Assembly (NCBI GenBank): GCA_036172245.1
Contig: JAYWIR010000016.1
Span: 2,790,001 to 2,854,000, forward strand
Length of the DNA stretch: 64,000 bases
Direction: 5' to 3'
Source: Raillietiella orientalis
Taxonomy: Eukaryota
A program made the translations under genes and the position numbers. This document shows, in pieces, positions 49,662-62,900 of this stretch (position 1 is its first letter; each line of letters begins with the position of its first letter). Under the pieces are notes generated by a model. That model was given only the letters and a program-made list of their open reading frames with translations, was not told the origin of the DNA and searched no databases.

Positions 49662-52206
49662 TTTACTTTTAAATCCCATTTATTGGCACATTTATTTCAA
49701 AAAGACTAGTTCTCGGTCATTCCCATTTTCATTCTCGTTTGTCCTCATAATATAGGGAAACGGTTCCCTAATATATTCTTGTAATCCTTCCTTGACATAT
49801 TTTTGTGCCTTGCCTTCATAATCCACACTTGCTGTGGATTCACGCCATCAGGCTAACGTCAGTGAAAGATACATGGTTATAATTCTTATAAAAAAGCAAA
49901 GCAATTTTTTATATATAACCTACTGATTCTATCTACTTGAACTAAAAAGTATAGAAACTCAATCTTTTAAATAAGAAAGCAAAACCATCATGTGGACCCT
50001 ACGTACATTGCAGTCTCAACTATGTGGCTGCTGGGCATTCTAATACACTATAAGGCATGCTTCATAAAATCGTAAATCCACTTAAGCCACAGTATGCGTG
50101 TTCGCAGCCTATCCAGAAATTTGGATGCTTGTTTCTGGATAAGCTATGGACTTGCAGCAAAAAAATGATTTTTGTAGATGCTGTTCTCCTTTTTGTGTAT
50201 GTGTGTAAGGCACCTATTTGCTTTTCTTCCTCATTTCCTTGTTATTAATTTTAGAATCAAAATTCTTCTCAAAGCACTACGCGTTCATAGAATGTAAACC
50301 TTAAGACAATCAATCTAATTGCTCTCAAACAAACGAGTCAGGTTTTTTTTTTAAAAAAAAAAAAAAAAAAGACGGGAGAGGAGGGGGAAATTTTGTTTCA
50401 AAGTTGGAGTGTTCACTTTACATGAGGTCTATCTCCTACGATAAACCTTCAATGGCAGCAATACGTTGCTATCCATTGTCCTTAAGCAGAGTTGTTATGG
50501 AAATGGTTCTAAATATCTTGAGGGAATCGGAAAATTGGGCATTCAGAATGGAACGTTCTTTTCTAAAAAAGAATGTTCCATTCCTTTAAGTCTAGGAGAG
50601 GAACCTGGAAGAGCCATTCTAAGAGAGGTTCTAGTTTCACGATAGCATGTAAAACTATAAAAATTGCAAAAGATTAATCCACTGGTCGCAAACCTAAGGA
50701 ATGGAAAAAAACAAAAAAACTCGCTAAGCGACATCATTTACATTTTATTAACATCGACTCTGTCATTATCTTTTGTTGCCTTCATGATACAGATTTTCAA
50801 GTTTCTAATTTCACTGAAGCTGTTAAACATTTGACGGCAGACAGCAGCAAAAATAGACTGCAAGAGTTCAGACAGTGACGACGTTCTCAAACAGAGAGGG
50901 GGATGAAAGTGGAAAGCGAAGTTTGCTTCATCTGAAAACAAGACTTTTTCGTATCCATAAACAAAGTCCGATTGCTTTGCCGAATGTGGTCGCTCATCCT
51001 ATCTTGATATCAATTCTTGGAATAAATAGCTTGGATCGGAAACATACACACACAAAAAAATGCTTTGACTCCTCCAAAGAAGAACTGGCTTTATTTTGGA
51101 TTCCTCGTCAGGAACAACTAAATGATCAAGCTAAATGGACATACACAAGAGTGTTCTCGAAATGCAGTTGGATATAATAGTGATTTCATCCGACTTTTAC
51201 CCAAAGATTAAGCTTTATCAAATGTTGTCGTTTCATTTGGACAAGTCTTCTTTCACGTTTCCCAGTTAACCACACTTTTTTATTTTGTTGCTGTAGCATT
51301 TGTTTCCTTGGCAAGCGTTGATACCCGCGGTGGGTGCACGTTCGCGCCCGGACCGAAGGACGCGGGCAGCAGCAATCGCCACGCAGAGGGATCCCCAAGG
51401 ACCCCAGCGTTCTGTTCCCGACGTATTGTGCGTGCGTGGGAGAGACGGGTGGAACACGATCGCGGAGACTTTAACCCCAGAGCAACTGGACTGTTTGTAC
51501 CATCCTTGGACCTTGCACACGAGGAGTCGGTGGGGAGGGGGGGGGGGGGAGGAAAGAAAAATTACGAAAGCGTGCAAACATGCCGCACAGACACTTCCCA
51601 GCCAAAGACGGGACTGTTGCTGTTTGTTTGTGGTGCCAGGTTGAGGGAGCTCCCGGTTTCCACACGCAGAATATATAAAGTCGCGGAATCTTCCGCAGAG
51701 CATCTTCCGTGGATGTGGCCCGTGGCCCCTTTTTTTGGGGGGTCTCACCTACGATTGCACGGGGCACCCTGCTGTTGCGCCCATAATGGATTCGCGTTCG
51801 CACCGCAGTTGCGTAGTGCGGGACTTCCTCAGGCGGAACTCACGTTGCTTTGGCATTGCCTATGGTTACATGCAGTTCCCACGCATGTACTTAATGTAGT
51901 GGAATGCAATGTAGTAATGGCCTGGTCGGTTGTCGAGGATGACGGTTATGTTTCTCCGGAGACTGCTGTATATATAGTTTGTTTTCGTTGCGCATGCTGC
52001 AATTGCAGACGAGCAACTGTGCAAATACAATTGTACAATCATTTTGAGGACGTACAGCGCAGTCATTCTGTGTGTTTTATTTGCAGATGAGTTTGTTTGA
52101 CGAGTTTGTATCTTGACAGCTCTTTTGGTAGATGTTGATTGATCTGCTGCCTTGCGCAAAAGTTTAATTGTTTCATCGAATTGAGTTCCGTTGAATCTTT
52201 CGTACA

Positions 52207-54280
52207 ATGCATGGTTTTAAAAATTTTCTTCAACTCTCTGCTGCATTCTTTGCCAGGGAAGCCGTGTCAAGGTAATTCCGTAACCCAGACGGTATGATTT
52301 TCATGGTCATAAAATCGTGGATCACAATAAAACTCTAGTGTACATTTTGAAACCTCACATTTTTTTTACGATCCTATGTAACTTATGTAATCCAAGATAC
52401 TTTTTTTTTTTACTGTGAAAAAGCTGATTAAGCAACTTCTTTACTTTACAAGTTTCAATTTTAGCCATACAAATATTCAACAAAGACTATTCTGTGCATC
52501 AAGAAGTTTTGAAGCTTTTAAGCCTGCAGAAACATCAAAACCAATTTCTCGAATTCCATTATCTGAACCACTTCCAGATCTTCCCACTGTGCTTTTCTCC
52601 ACTCCGGACAAATTAAGTCATGAAACACAAGTAACTGTGTTGGAGAATGGCCTTAAAGTGGCCTCTGAACCTCGGTTTGGAGACTTCTGTACTCTGGGTG
52701 GTAAAGTTTCAAAGTCTGAAGTGCCTTGATTCTGTTTCTAGTGGTAATTGATTCTGGATCACGATATGAAGCCAATTTTCAAAGTGGAATAGGACACTTC
52801 TTGGAGAAATTAGCTTTTGGAGTAGGTGGTAGGCAGCTGCTAATTTTTTTTTTTAACATCTCTTAGTCCACCAGTAACTTCAAATCCAGGAATACAATTT
52901 TACAAGAATTAGAAAAGTATGGGGGGATTTGTGATTGTCAGTCATCTAGGTAATTGGTTTTTAATGAAAGATAGCAGATACCTTCTCATTCCAGAGATAT
53001 ACTTATCTATGCAGCATCAATGGAACCCAGAGGCCTAGATGCTGCTGTAAGAGTGTTGGGAGATGTTGTTCTGCGACCTCAGCTGACTCCTGCTGAGATT
53101 GAAGAAGCAAAAAAGGCAATTCTGTTTGAGCTGGAAGATCAAAACAAACGTCCAGATCAGGAAGGAGTACTGCAAGATATGATTCATGCAGCTGCATACT
53201 GGAATAATACCCTTGGCTTACCAAAACTATGCCCTTCAAGCAGTGCTGATCTGATGAATCAAGAAGCAATAATCAACTATTTAAAAAGTCATCATTTAAC
53301 TGAAAGAATGGTTCTAGCAGGAGTGGGGGTACCTCACGAACCCCTGGTTGAGGCTGCTCATCGTTATTTTGTGGAAGAAGTTCCTATATGGGGGGTGGCT
53401 CAGAATCATCAGACAGATTGCTCCTTGGCTCAGTTCACTGGAGGCCATGTGTTGGTATGTTCAAATTCATTTGTCTCTTCATTTCGTGTGTTTCATTAGG
53501 TTGAAAAAGATCTATCCAACTTGGCACCTGGACCCAGTCCCATGCCTGAGCTTGTTCATTTTATCTTGGGATTGGAAAGTAGTTCTCATCAAGACCCCGA
53601 TTTTGTACCTTTTTGCATTCTCAATATGATGATGGGAGGAGGGGGATCTTTTTCTGCTGGAGGTCCTGGAAAGGGCATGTACACCCGCCTGTACCTGAAT
53701 GTACTCAATCAGCATCACTGGATGCACAGTGCTACTGCCATAAATCATGCATATGGAGATACTGGACTCTTCTGCATCCATGCTAGTGCACCTCCTTCCT
53801 ATTCAAGGGATATGGCTGAAGTCATACTGAAAGAATCTTTCTTGATGGCAGGAGCTGTACAATCCCAGGAACTAAATGTAGACTTGCAATTCATTTAAAT
53901 CACAGGACTTTATACTTGTCTTTTTTTAGAGAGCAAAGGCACAACTGAAATCCATGCTCTTGATGAATCTAGAAAGTCGACCTATAGTGTTTGAAGATAT
54001 AGGAAGACAAGTGCTAGCAACTGGTAGGCGGCGTCAACCAGAATATTTTATTGAAAAAATTGGTGAGATGAGTTTTTAAGGTTAACTTTCATTGATTCAA
54101 GCAGATTCTGTTGTTCCTGAGGACATACAACGTGTTGCAGAACGAATTTTGTGCAGTCGTGTGGCAGTTGCAGCCTTAGGTGATCTTCACCATTTACCAA
54201 GCTATGATGATATTGATAAAGCAGTGAGTCAAAGACAGATAAATTTCACCAAGAAGCGGTTTTCCTTGTTTCGAACTTGA
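52207..54280 (+). CDS. PMPCA: Mitochondrial-processing peptidase subunit alpha (M16 family), 8 exons, ~536 aa
   Basis: Exons 52207-52271, 52465-52700, 52742-52821, 52867-52949, 52995-53454, 53500-53877, 53930-54062, 54105-54280 (1611 nt, GT-AG). Motifs [38 protein letters not shown], the glycine-rich loop [27 protein letters not shown], and [18 protein letters not shown]. Exon 1 was chosen by phase compatibility and is less certain. Confidence 0.96.
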
Positions 54281-56329
54281 TAGAAAATTCTGTACAAACA
54301 CCTTGTTAAGTCACAGCATTTCTAGATATTGCATAATGTTATGTATGTTACATGGAACCATGGCTGCTTCATACATGCTGCAATGTGAATATTTGTTTGT
54401 CAAAAATGCACAATACATTATATATTGTTTTTGAAATTAAAAGGAGGAAGCTTCCATGACCAGAGGTGCAACATTGTATATGAAAAATATTTGTATGCAG
54501 ATCACGACTAAAATATGTTAGCAGTTGAAATGTTTCTCCAAATTACGGGTTTTCCTATATTTATGGATATTTTTGAAGTACCTTTAAATGTTAGTATGAT
54601 GTATATCATTTTTTCACATATCATTTTTCACATTCACATTCAAAGTGCCTTATGCACTGGAAAAATTCTCCAGTAAATTTTCAGTTTTTGGAATCTTATG
54701 ATCAAAAATGATATTCAAGGAATATTAGAAATAATTCTTCCATGGAAGCAATATGCACTACTGCTGAGAAAATGCAATTTATAGTTTTCCTAGATGGGGA
54801 AGGGATTCTTTACCTATTGAACTCTAAATCTCACTTCTGTCTTTTGTGAAGTAGTAAGTTTCTGATGCAAATCTTTTATGTAGAAATATAAGTTCTAAGC
54901 CATCTCACAGTGCTTGATGTGCAGAACATTTGATATGGCAGTGAAGAATGAGGGCTGATAATTAGAAATGAACCCAGGTATAAAAACCTATAAATCTTAT
55001 TTTGCATCTTACCTTACGTAAATTACAATCAATGTTTTAGAGTATAGTTTTATTCTAAACTAGTCTCATTGAGAATGAAATACATGATTCTGAAATGTTT
55101 CCCTTTAGGTATATGTGTTATTTGTAGCATGACTTACTCTTTATTTGCTCTTGCTTTGGCTTCTTTGAAAGTATTTTTAATATCCTAAAACCAATCAGCT
55201 CTTGTTGATAATTATGTTACCAGTTTGTGAATACATCTGGTCCTAACTGAACTTAAAATTTAATCCTTTGTGTGTAAAATGTTTTTATACGTGATTTTAT
55301 ACGGTACACAGTATTCCATTTTGCATAGTGCCGCTTGCAAAATTATTGCGTAAATTATTGTGTAAAATTATCTGCTTTTTGATTCAAGCAATTTTTAACT
55401 GATGGATATGTTTTGTGTGTTTCCGATAAATGATAAATAGAATTGGTAAACTTTTCCATAATAAAGTTCATTGCATCCCCCACTTTTCAAAAAAAAACCT
55501 AATGGAATTGTGTTAATGATGTAACAAGAATACTATGCAAAGAAATAAAGCCACAGGTTCAATTACAAATTGTGATTTATATTACACTTTGAGGTATGAT
55601 ATATAGTTCTTTTTCTGATTAAATGAAAGACAAATGGTTTTCAAATACGATGCAATGGTAACAAAATTAATTAGGGCATTCACTGGCAATACCAACATTA
55701 TGAATTCTTGGCAAACTTCATTAAATATTTTTGCACATCTCAACGTCAGTTTTAGACCTATACTTTCAAACTTTAGACCATATACCTGCATAAACTAAAT
55801 AGCAGAGCTTTCTACATGTCACGGAAATCAGAAACACCGACTGTTATCTGATCAAATTTTCATTTCCTTAATTTAATCCTGACAGAGTAAATGCTCCTGA
55901 TGTGAAATGAATTATAATTAGGAAATTACGCTTTCAGAAGCTCTTTTATGGTCAAGAATTCTAATCACAAACATGTAAGCCAATAAAAAAATGTACACAT
56001 TTTAGCATGTCAATAATGCATTCAAAGCATTACATAAGTTATTAAAGATGTTCAGTAGTGAAATACCTTGCAAACGTGTATGAACCTTTTCATAACTACA
56101 TACAACCCAAATGAAAACTTTTTTGACTACAATGAAACCTAAATTGGCAAACATCAAACTTCCACAAAGCATTACAAAACAAAATATTTGCACTGTGCTG
56201 AAAACAAACCATTTTTTCTAAAAAGCAAGATGGAAGACCGAGTTCGTTATGTTGGCTTACTAAGTTAAGCACCCACATCGAAGGGCGAGCATGCACTTAC
56301 AAATGCATTTTGTATCTTGGGGGCAAGTA

Positions 56330-58684
56330 CGGTGGTACCTCGGTACTCGTCGGTAATCCGTTCCGGAACTCGTGACGAGTGCCGAAACCGACGAGTACCG
56401 CACGAAATTTTCATATACCGAATAATGTTGATGCATAAAAGTTCCTCAAACTTTTCACATTTTACTTGGCAAGTTGTACACTGATGTGTTTATTTCGTAA
56501 TAAAAAAAATTAAAACTAAAAGATGGGCGTAAAAAGCAATACTCAGATACATAAAATAAAATGAAATTTCATTTCACTTTAATAGAACTGATAGGAGTAC
56601 ATATATGGCCTAATTAATGGTGACGAGATAGAGTAGGAGGGAGGTTTAATTCATAATGGAGTCCTCTTCCAAAGCAATTTCAGGCACATTCTCGGGTGTG
56701 TCTTCTGCTTTTCTTTACTGAACTTCACTGGAGACTCAGATTTAGGGAGTTTGACTAAAAACCTATCAAGACAAACTTGTTCTTGCCTACGTTTCAAAAT
56801 GTTTCTAAAATGTGACATTGTTTGATCATTGAACAAGTCCACATTTCGGCTTGCTAAAGCTTTGTCTGGATGATACTTTTCCACAAAATTTTGCACTTCA
56901 ACCCATTTAGCACACATTTCTTTTATCAGTGCAGTAGGGACTTTCTCCCTTCCTTCATCTTCACCTGAAGAAATTTCCTCAGCTGCCATTTCCAGCTGCT
57001 CCTTTTGGAGTTCCTGCAACTCTGCTGCACTGAGCTCTTCTCTATGTTCCTCCACTAATTCTTCGACATCTTCAGTACTGACCTCCAAGCCCATGGATTT
57101 TCCCAGAGATACAATATCTTCCACTATTGATGTGGCAGGATCATCATCCTCAAGGGTGTTTGGAGTTAAGGCAGCTTCCGGCCACAGTTCTTTCCAGGCA
57201 GAGTTCATGGTCTTGTAAGAGACTTCACGCCAGGCCTTAACTATGAGAGTAACACAATGAAGGATATTAAAATGGTCCTTCCAGAACTCTCTCAGTGTCA
57301 ACTGTGTATCCGAAGTGACCTCAAAACACCTCTGGAAAAGGACCTTCGTATACAATCTTTGGAAGCTAGAAACGACTTGCTGGTCCATCAGCTGGATCAG
57401 AGGTGTTGTATTAGGGGGCAAGAACTTAACAGTTATAAAACTGAACTCCTCCAGTAAGTCATCCTCCAAGCCAGGTGGGTGAGCAGGAGCATTGTCCATA
57501 ACTAACAAAGCCCTCAGAGGCAGGTTGTTTTTCTGTAAATATTGTTTGACTGTGGGACCACACACTTCATGCATCCACTCTATAAAGAACTGCCTTGTCA
57601 CCCAAGCTTTAGTATTGGCCCTCCACATCACACCTAATTTGCTTTTTATCACATTTTCTTTCTTGAAAACCCGGGGGTTTTCATCGTGATACACTAGTAG
57701 TGGCTTAAGCTTTAGGTCCCCACTAACATTTCCACACAACAACAGAGTTAGCCTGTCTTTCATTGGCTTGTGTCCTGGCAATGCCCTCTCCTCTTGAGTG
57801 ATGTAAGTTCTGTTGGGCATTTTCTTCCAAAATAAACGAGTTTCGTAGCAATTCAAAACTTGCTGGGGAACAAAACCCTCAGCCTTTACGTATTCACTAA
57901 ACTCGTTTACAAAGCTTTTGGCAGCTTCTTCATTGGTACTGGCTGCTTCTCCATGCCTAACCACACTGCGAATACCGATTCTCCTTTTAAATTTATCGAA
58001 CCATCCATGACTTGCTTTAAACACCTCGGTGCTTTCACCACTTGTTCCAGGCCGATCTTTCAACAGATCGGCATGCAACCGCTTGGCTTTCTCGCAAATT
58101 ATTGCCTCAGAGATGCTGTCACCGGCTAACTGCTTCTCGTTAATCCAGATGTACAGCAGCTTCTCCACTTCTTCCAACGTCCGTGACCGTTGCTTAGTCA
58201 CAGACTTCACACCTTTGGCAACGCTTGCTGCTTTGATGGCTTCCTTATTTTTCACCATTGTCGAGATCGTCGTTCTCGGGATTTTGTACATGGCAGCGAT
58301 TTGAGTCGGATTCATACCACCCTCAAACTTGGCTACGATCTCTTTTTTCACTTCCATCGTGGCTCTCCTTAACTGCCTTTTGGGCTTATTGCTGCTATCC
58401 TTCCTGGGCTTCGTGGTATCATTTTTCACCATTTTAGGACCCACGATTAACGCTCAAAATGCACAGAAAGCACACACAAAAACAAAAGGAACGACTCGGG
58501 ATGCACTCTATGGAAGTGCTCGGGAGCGGCCACGAGACGAAGGCGTCCACTCGTTTCATCATGAGAGTGGGGTGGGTGTCGAGTTCCGAGCATGCGCCGA
58601 GTGTCGAAACATTCTTCCTCGTCGACATGCGACGAGTACGGAGCTCGACGAGTTCCGACACCGTCGAGTACCGAGGCACCACTG
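56330..58684 (-). mobile_element. Tigger/pogo-family DNA transposon, full length (~2.36 kb) with 24-bp TIRs
   Basis: The left TIR CGGTGGTACCTCGGTACTCGTCGG (56330-56353) is preceded by TA. The right TIR (58661-58684) reverse-complements to CAGTGGTGCCTCGGTACTCGACGG, 3 mismatches from the left. The right flank is TG rather than TA. Subterminal GACGAGT repeats are present at both ends. Confidence 0.93.
56651..58432 (-). CDS. Tigger transposase (CENP-B-type HTH plus DDE_1), probably catalytically dead
   Basis: Uninterrupted ORF with an HTH region, FKASHGWFDKFKRR, HGEAAS, KDRLTLLLCGN, LLVMDNAPAHP and FLPPNTTPLIQLMDQQV. The first catalytic motif reads NCYETR instead of NCDETG. The first ATG is at 58432; an upstream GTG at 58444 begins GTG-GPK. 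Confidence 0.9.
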   Translation of the reverse strand: MVKNDTTKPRKDSSNKPKRQLRRATMEVKKEIVAKFEGGMNPTQIAAMYKIPRTTISTMVKNKEAIKAASVAKGVKSVTKQRSRTLEEVEKLLYIWINEKQLAGDSISEAIICEKAKRLHADLLKDRPGTSGESTEVFKASHGWFDKFKRRIGIRSVVRHGEAASTNEEAAKSFVNEFSEYVKAEGFVPQQVLNCYETRLFWKKMPNRTYITQEERALPGHKPMKDRLTLLLCGNVSGDLKLKPLLVYHDENPRVFKKENVIKSKLGVMWRANTKAWVTRQFFIEWMHEVCGPTVKQYLQKNNLPLRALLVMDNAPAHPPGLEDDLLEEFSFITVKFLPPNTTPLIQLMDQQVVSSFQRLYTKVLFQRCFEVTSDTQLTLREFWKDHFNILHCVTLIVKAWREVSYKTMNSAWKELWPEAALTPNTLEDDDPATSIVEDIVSLGKSMGLEVSTEDVEELVEEHREELSAAELQELQKEQLEMAAEEISSGEDEGREKVPTALIKEMCAKWVEVQNFVEKYHPDKALASRNVDLFNDQTMSHFRNILKRRQEQVCLDRFLVKLPKSESPVKFSKEKQKTHPRMCLKLLWKRTPL

Positions 58685-61600
58685 TGTACCCTAAGGGCAG
58701 CGCATTTCCAAATAAAAAAAAACAAAACAAAATATTCTTCGAGAGTGCGTAAAAACCGAAACAGAAAATCAAAAAAAAAATGAACCTGCAGTACTCGATG
58801 ATGGTCGCTAACATGGCGACGTTCGCGACGTGGAAAAAACGCAAGACAAGCTCATCTCAGGATATTACAATAACTCATAGAGTTCGTAAAACTTCCCTAT
58901 AAATTCTCCAATACAAGAGTACCGGGTAAAACCAAGTGGGTTCTCTGAATACTCTCCTGCTCCAAACACTAGTAGCCTTCCTTTCTAAAATACAAATGCA
59001 CAGTGGGGTTAGGCAGGTAGCGTTTGGGTTTGGAACACAATAAAGCGCTTACAGAACGTAGAAAATAATTTGATTTATTGATCTTATTACTAATTTACCA
59101 ATCCTGCACACACTTTAAATTCGCAGCTCGATTTTTTGTCGCCCACTTGCATAATTCTACAAAGCAGTCGTGGCCGGGGCACCAGGTCAAATGTCCGTCA
59201 CAAAAATTACAGTATTTTAAAGCGTGAAGCTCCATGTGGCATACCGCAACCACAAATGCATTCAACAGGGATACCAAATGCATTGCGGTCTTCATTTCGA
59301 AAATCATATCAGAGCATGAACAATTCCTGCAGACAGCAATCTTGCATCACGCACCGTTATCGCGTTTGCGGCACAGCAAAAATAGCTGGTAGAAGGTTCA
59401 TTATTTTTGGTTAAAACACTAGACATTCATAATTCTGGAGTCGCTAAAAGAGCGAAAAAATGATAGGCATGCTGATATCCTTTTCGACAAGCTACCTTTT
59501 CTACAACAAAGCATACTTCAGCAGTTTCATAATCTCATTTAAAAGAAAACACCGAAAATACACTCCCATGCAATGAATACAGATGATAACAAAATGATAT
59601 CTAAGGAAATTTAGAGTTCACAAAGAATTAAACAATTCAGATATTACGCTTTAATCAAAGCATAATATCTGAAGATTGTAAACGTGCTTAACATTTCTCA
59701 TTTGCAACCAATTTGAACAAATAAATATCCAAAAAACACAAACAGATGCAAAAATCAATAAACTCTACTTTATAAATCCAATCTCTTGATCTTGAAATCG
59801 CTTTTCACTTTTATGATGGATATAAAATCACATAATGGATGTGTAATAGGAATATGATTCTAATCTCAAGATACTAAATGCGATCGCTTAAAGAACATTG
59901 TTCCTGGGAAAGTACAAGATTCCCTAAACATTAATTGCCTTCAGAAATACTGAAACTTTATAATGTGAGCTTTTTAAAATTGAAACCTAATACGTATTCA
60001 TTCCTATAAAAACAAGATTATTTAATTGATTCCGAACGTGTTTTGAGGTAATTTTAAAAATGGACCATTTTCCATGAACTTCGCTAATGATACAACTAAC
60101 TAAACGAAATTTTACGAGGAACGGTTGTGCAATTTATGACGCAAATATCGAAGAAAACCATAACGCAATATACTATGCATGCAAATGCTAATGAGGAAAG
60201 GCTAAATAGGAAACATTTATCCTGAAACTCATCATTTGGTCAGAAAATTAAAAACATTACTTATTATGATAATTATTCAAAGGTTCAAAGTGGTTTTAAG
60301 TTATTCCGTTGATCGGCGAGCATCAGAGAAGTTTTCTTGAAGGAATTCATTTGAACAATTTTCAGAAAGGCGCGAAATAAGAGAGTTATATTTATGCGAT
60401 TTTAATCAACCAATAAATTCCGTTAAGTAAGAGAAATAAAGAAGATTCTGTATAATATATATGCAATCGGTTAAAATGAATTAAAACTTTGCATTTTTAC
60501 GAGATTTAGAAATAACTGGATTTTGAAATTGTGCCAATGATCTTTCGATTTGCAATTACTACATCAGGATTACGGTATCTGGTGTTTCTTCACAGATAGA
60601 TATGATCAAAGAATCTATTTCGCTGCATTAGGATTATATGACTAGAATTTTAAATGATAATTAATATATTTAATTTCATTTGTGAAAAATTGGAATAATC
60701 TGAGAGCTGCAAAACTTCTTAAAAATTGGAATGAGCTCTATGGGTGATAAATCACTCACAGAATCACTGAGTTTTCTCATTATAGCTTTCTTTAACATTT
60801 AGAAGTGCACATCCATTCGTTTACACCTCACGAATGAGCAGTGAATCTCTTTAGAATACTAACCCTTATAATCTAAATCATTAGGATGAGGTACTTTATT
60901 TTGTCACCGAACACGCTTTTGGCTAAATTTAGATGCTTATACAAATTTCAAGAATAGGAATTTGGTTTGTTTGTGAATAACTAAACATGAAAGAACCTTC
61001 ATAATTCAACAAAGAAACGAGGACGATAGACGAACGCAAAGAAAACGAAGTATTTAAGATTATTATGCTGGCCACTAATGTAGAACTTGGTCTAGGTTTT
61101 ACCGTGTTGTTTTGAAGGAACTCTGATCTTCAATCTTGAATTTTCAATCTTAGATCTGAGTTCTTTAAGATCATTACAAAAGCAGACATGGGAGCCTCTC
61201 CCAAGTGGTATTCACCGTAAGGTTCGAACACAATCCCAATGCATAACATTCTCTGATGGATTTTGACAGTATGCTCTCTAAACACACTTTAAGAATACAT
61301 GTCCTTTTATGGGAGCAAGTAAATCTAAATGTTTGAACATTCCCATCTAGTGGAAGACAAGAAATAAATAACGGGAGCAAAAGTTATTATTTTACACCGC
61401 ATATATTAGGAAACAAACCTATTAGGAATATAAGTGCATATGCATATATCGAGTACTGTGACCTCAGAAAAGCAAAAAAAAAAAAAAACTTACGAGACGC
61501 CCATTTTCTTTAATGTTGGTATTTGAATGGGAGAGACAAGAGATAGTCGAAAAATGATTGAAGACACATGAATTATATCCTAAGAAATGAATTTGGGGTT

Positions 61601-62900
61601 CAATCTATTTGCATAAAGTGAATCATACCCATTGAAGTAATTGACATTAAGACGGAATTCCAGTCATTTGTTTCGAGTTTCTGGTGTTCGACACGGTGCA
61701 AGTAAATTATAAAAACTCTGAAGAAAAAAATTGAAATATAAATCCTCAAATGGCGATACTTTACCTCCTATTCACAAAATGTAAACACATCATTGAAAGT
61801 AACCAAGAAATGAGCGCCTATTTATTATTTCACTAGGAAGTTTGCATGCAAATTTAGAAAAGTAACGAAAGCTCGTGTTTGTTATTTCGTCGAGCATTTT
61901 CCTTTCGACAGTTTCCCACAGTATTCTGAAGATGAGTGTGTATTTGCTCCACGGTTCTGAAGAGGAGAATTTCCAAGATCTCACGTCGGGTAGTCAATTC
62001 GTTTTGTTCTCGTGGGGAGTTGGCAATTGGGGAATGTTAGAGCGTATTCGAGCACATGCATCTTTTATTTTGAAAACTTATCGTGAACGTACTTGCATGT
62101 TCGATGAAGTGTTTTCTCAAATGGTTGAAGGCACGTGAATTATATCCGGAGAAGTGTGTTCGTGTGCTTGTTCCACAATGATAGTTAAACTGTAGTGAGC
62201 AGTTTGGTGCGAGTTATGAGATTTGCCATACTCATCGAATACACTTATTTCTTCATCGGTCCGTTTTCTTGCAACAATCTGGAGGCTTTTCAATTTTAAA
62301 ATTCGAATAATTTCCAAGCGTACGTGTGTAGCGTTGCTGAGTGCAGTCTGCTTCATCTAGAGTTTTTGTGAATTTTGAGATGTGCCATACAATTTTATGG
62401 TAGTACGAATTTTCAAAGTGGGCTCACTCGATACTGTCATTGCATTGAACTTTATAGAGTATGTTCGTGTTATAAAAGAGCAATTGCACAAGTGTATAGA
62501 ATGGTTCTGGGAGGAAAGTCTTCAAGAATACAAGGACTGTGGGGTGGTAACAAATACTTCTTTAGATTTTGCTGTCAGAATTTGATCAGTATCTAACAGG
62601 GAGCCGTTTTAAACTCCTGTTGGAGTAAATTTTTACTTTTACTTTAGTTTATTAAATAAACTAAGGTAAGTGTAAATTTGAGTCTGGTTTGTTTTGTTTT
62701 AAAAGATAAAATTGTTTAGCACATGCAAGTGCAACATTATAGAATTAAGGCAAAATCGTTATTGAATTGTTCAATTTTCGTTTCAGAATTATCATATCAC
62801 TTAGTTTGGAGATCACCAGTATCCCATGACTGTGTTAATTGCTGTTGTGTTTCATTTTTTCCAGAAATTTCAAAGAATTAAAACTTGATTTTATAAGCTG

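Noticed and set aside
55580..58830. Possible minus-strand gene hosting the Tigger in an intron (MLATIIEYC|GT near 58815; exon-like segment near 55690-55785)
   Set aside because: No recognisable protein and weak splice signals; it would need RNA evidence.
59164..59180. GCAGTCGTGGCCG, resembling a tRNA-Ser 5' end
   Set aside because: Similarity stops after 13 nt, with no D-loop, anticodon or T arms.
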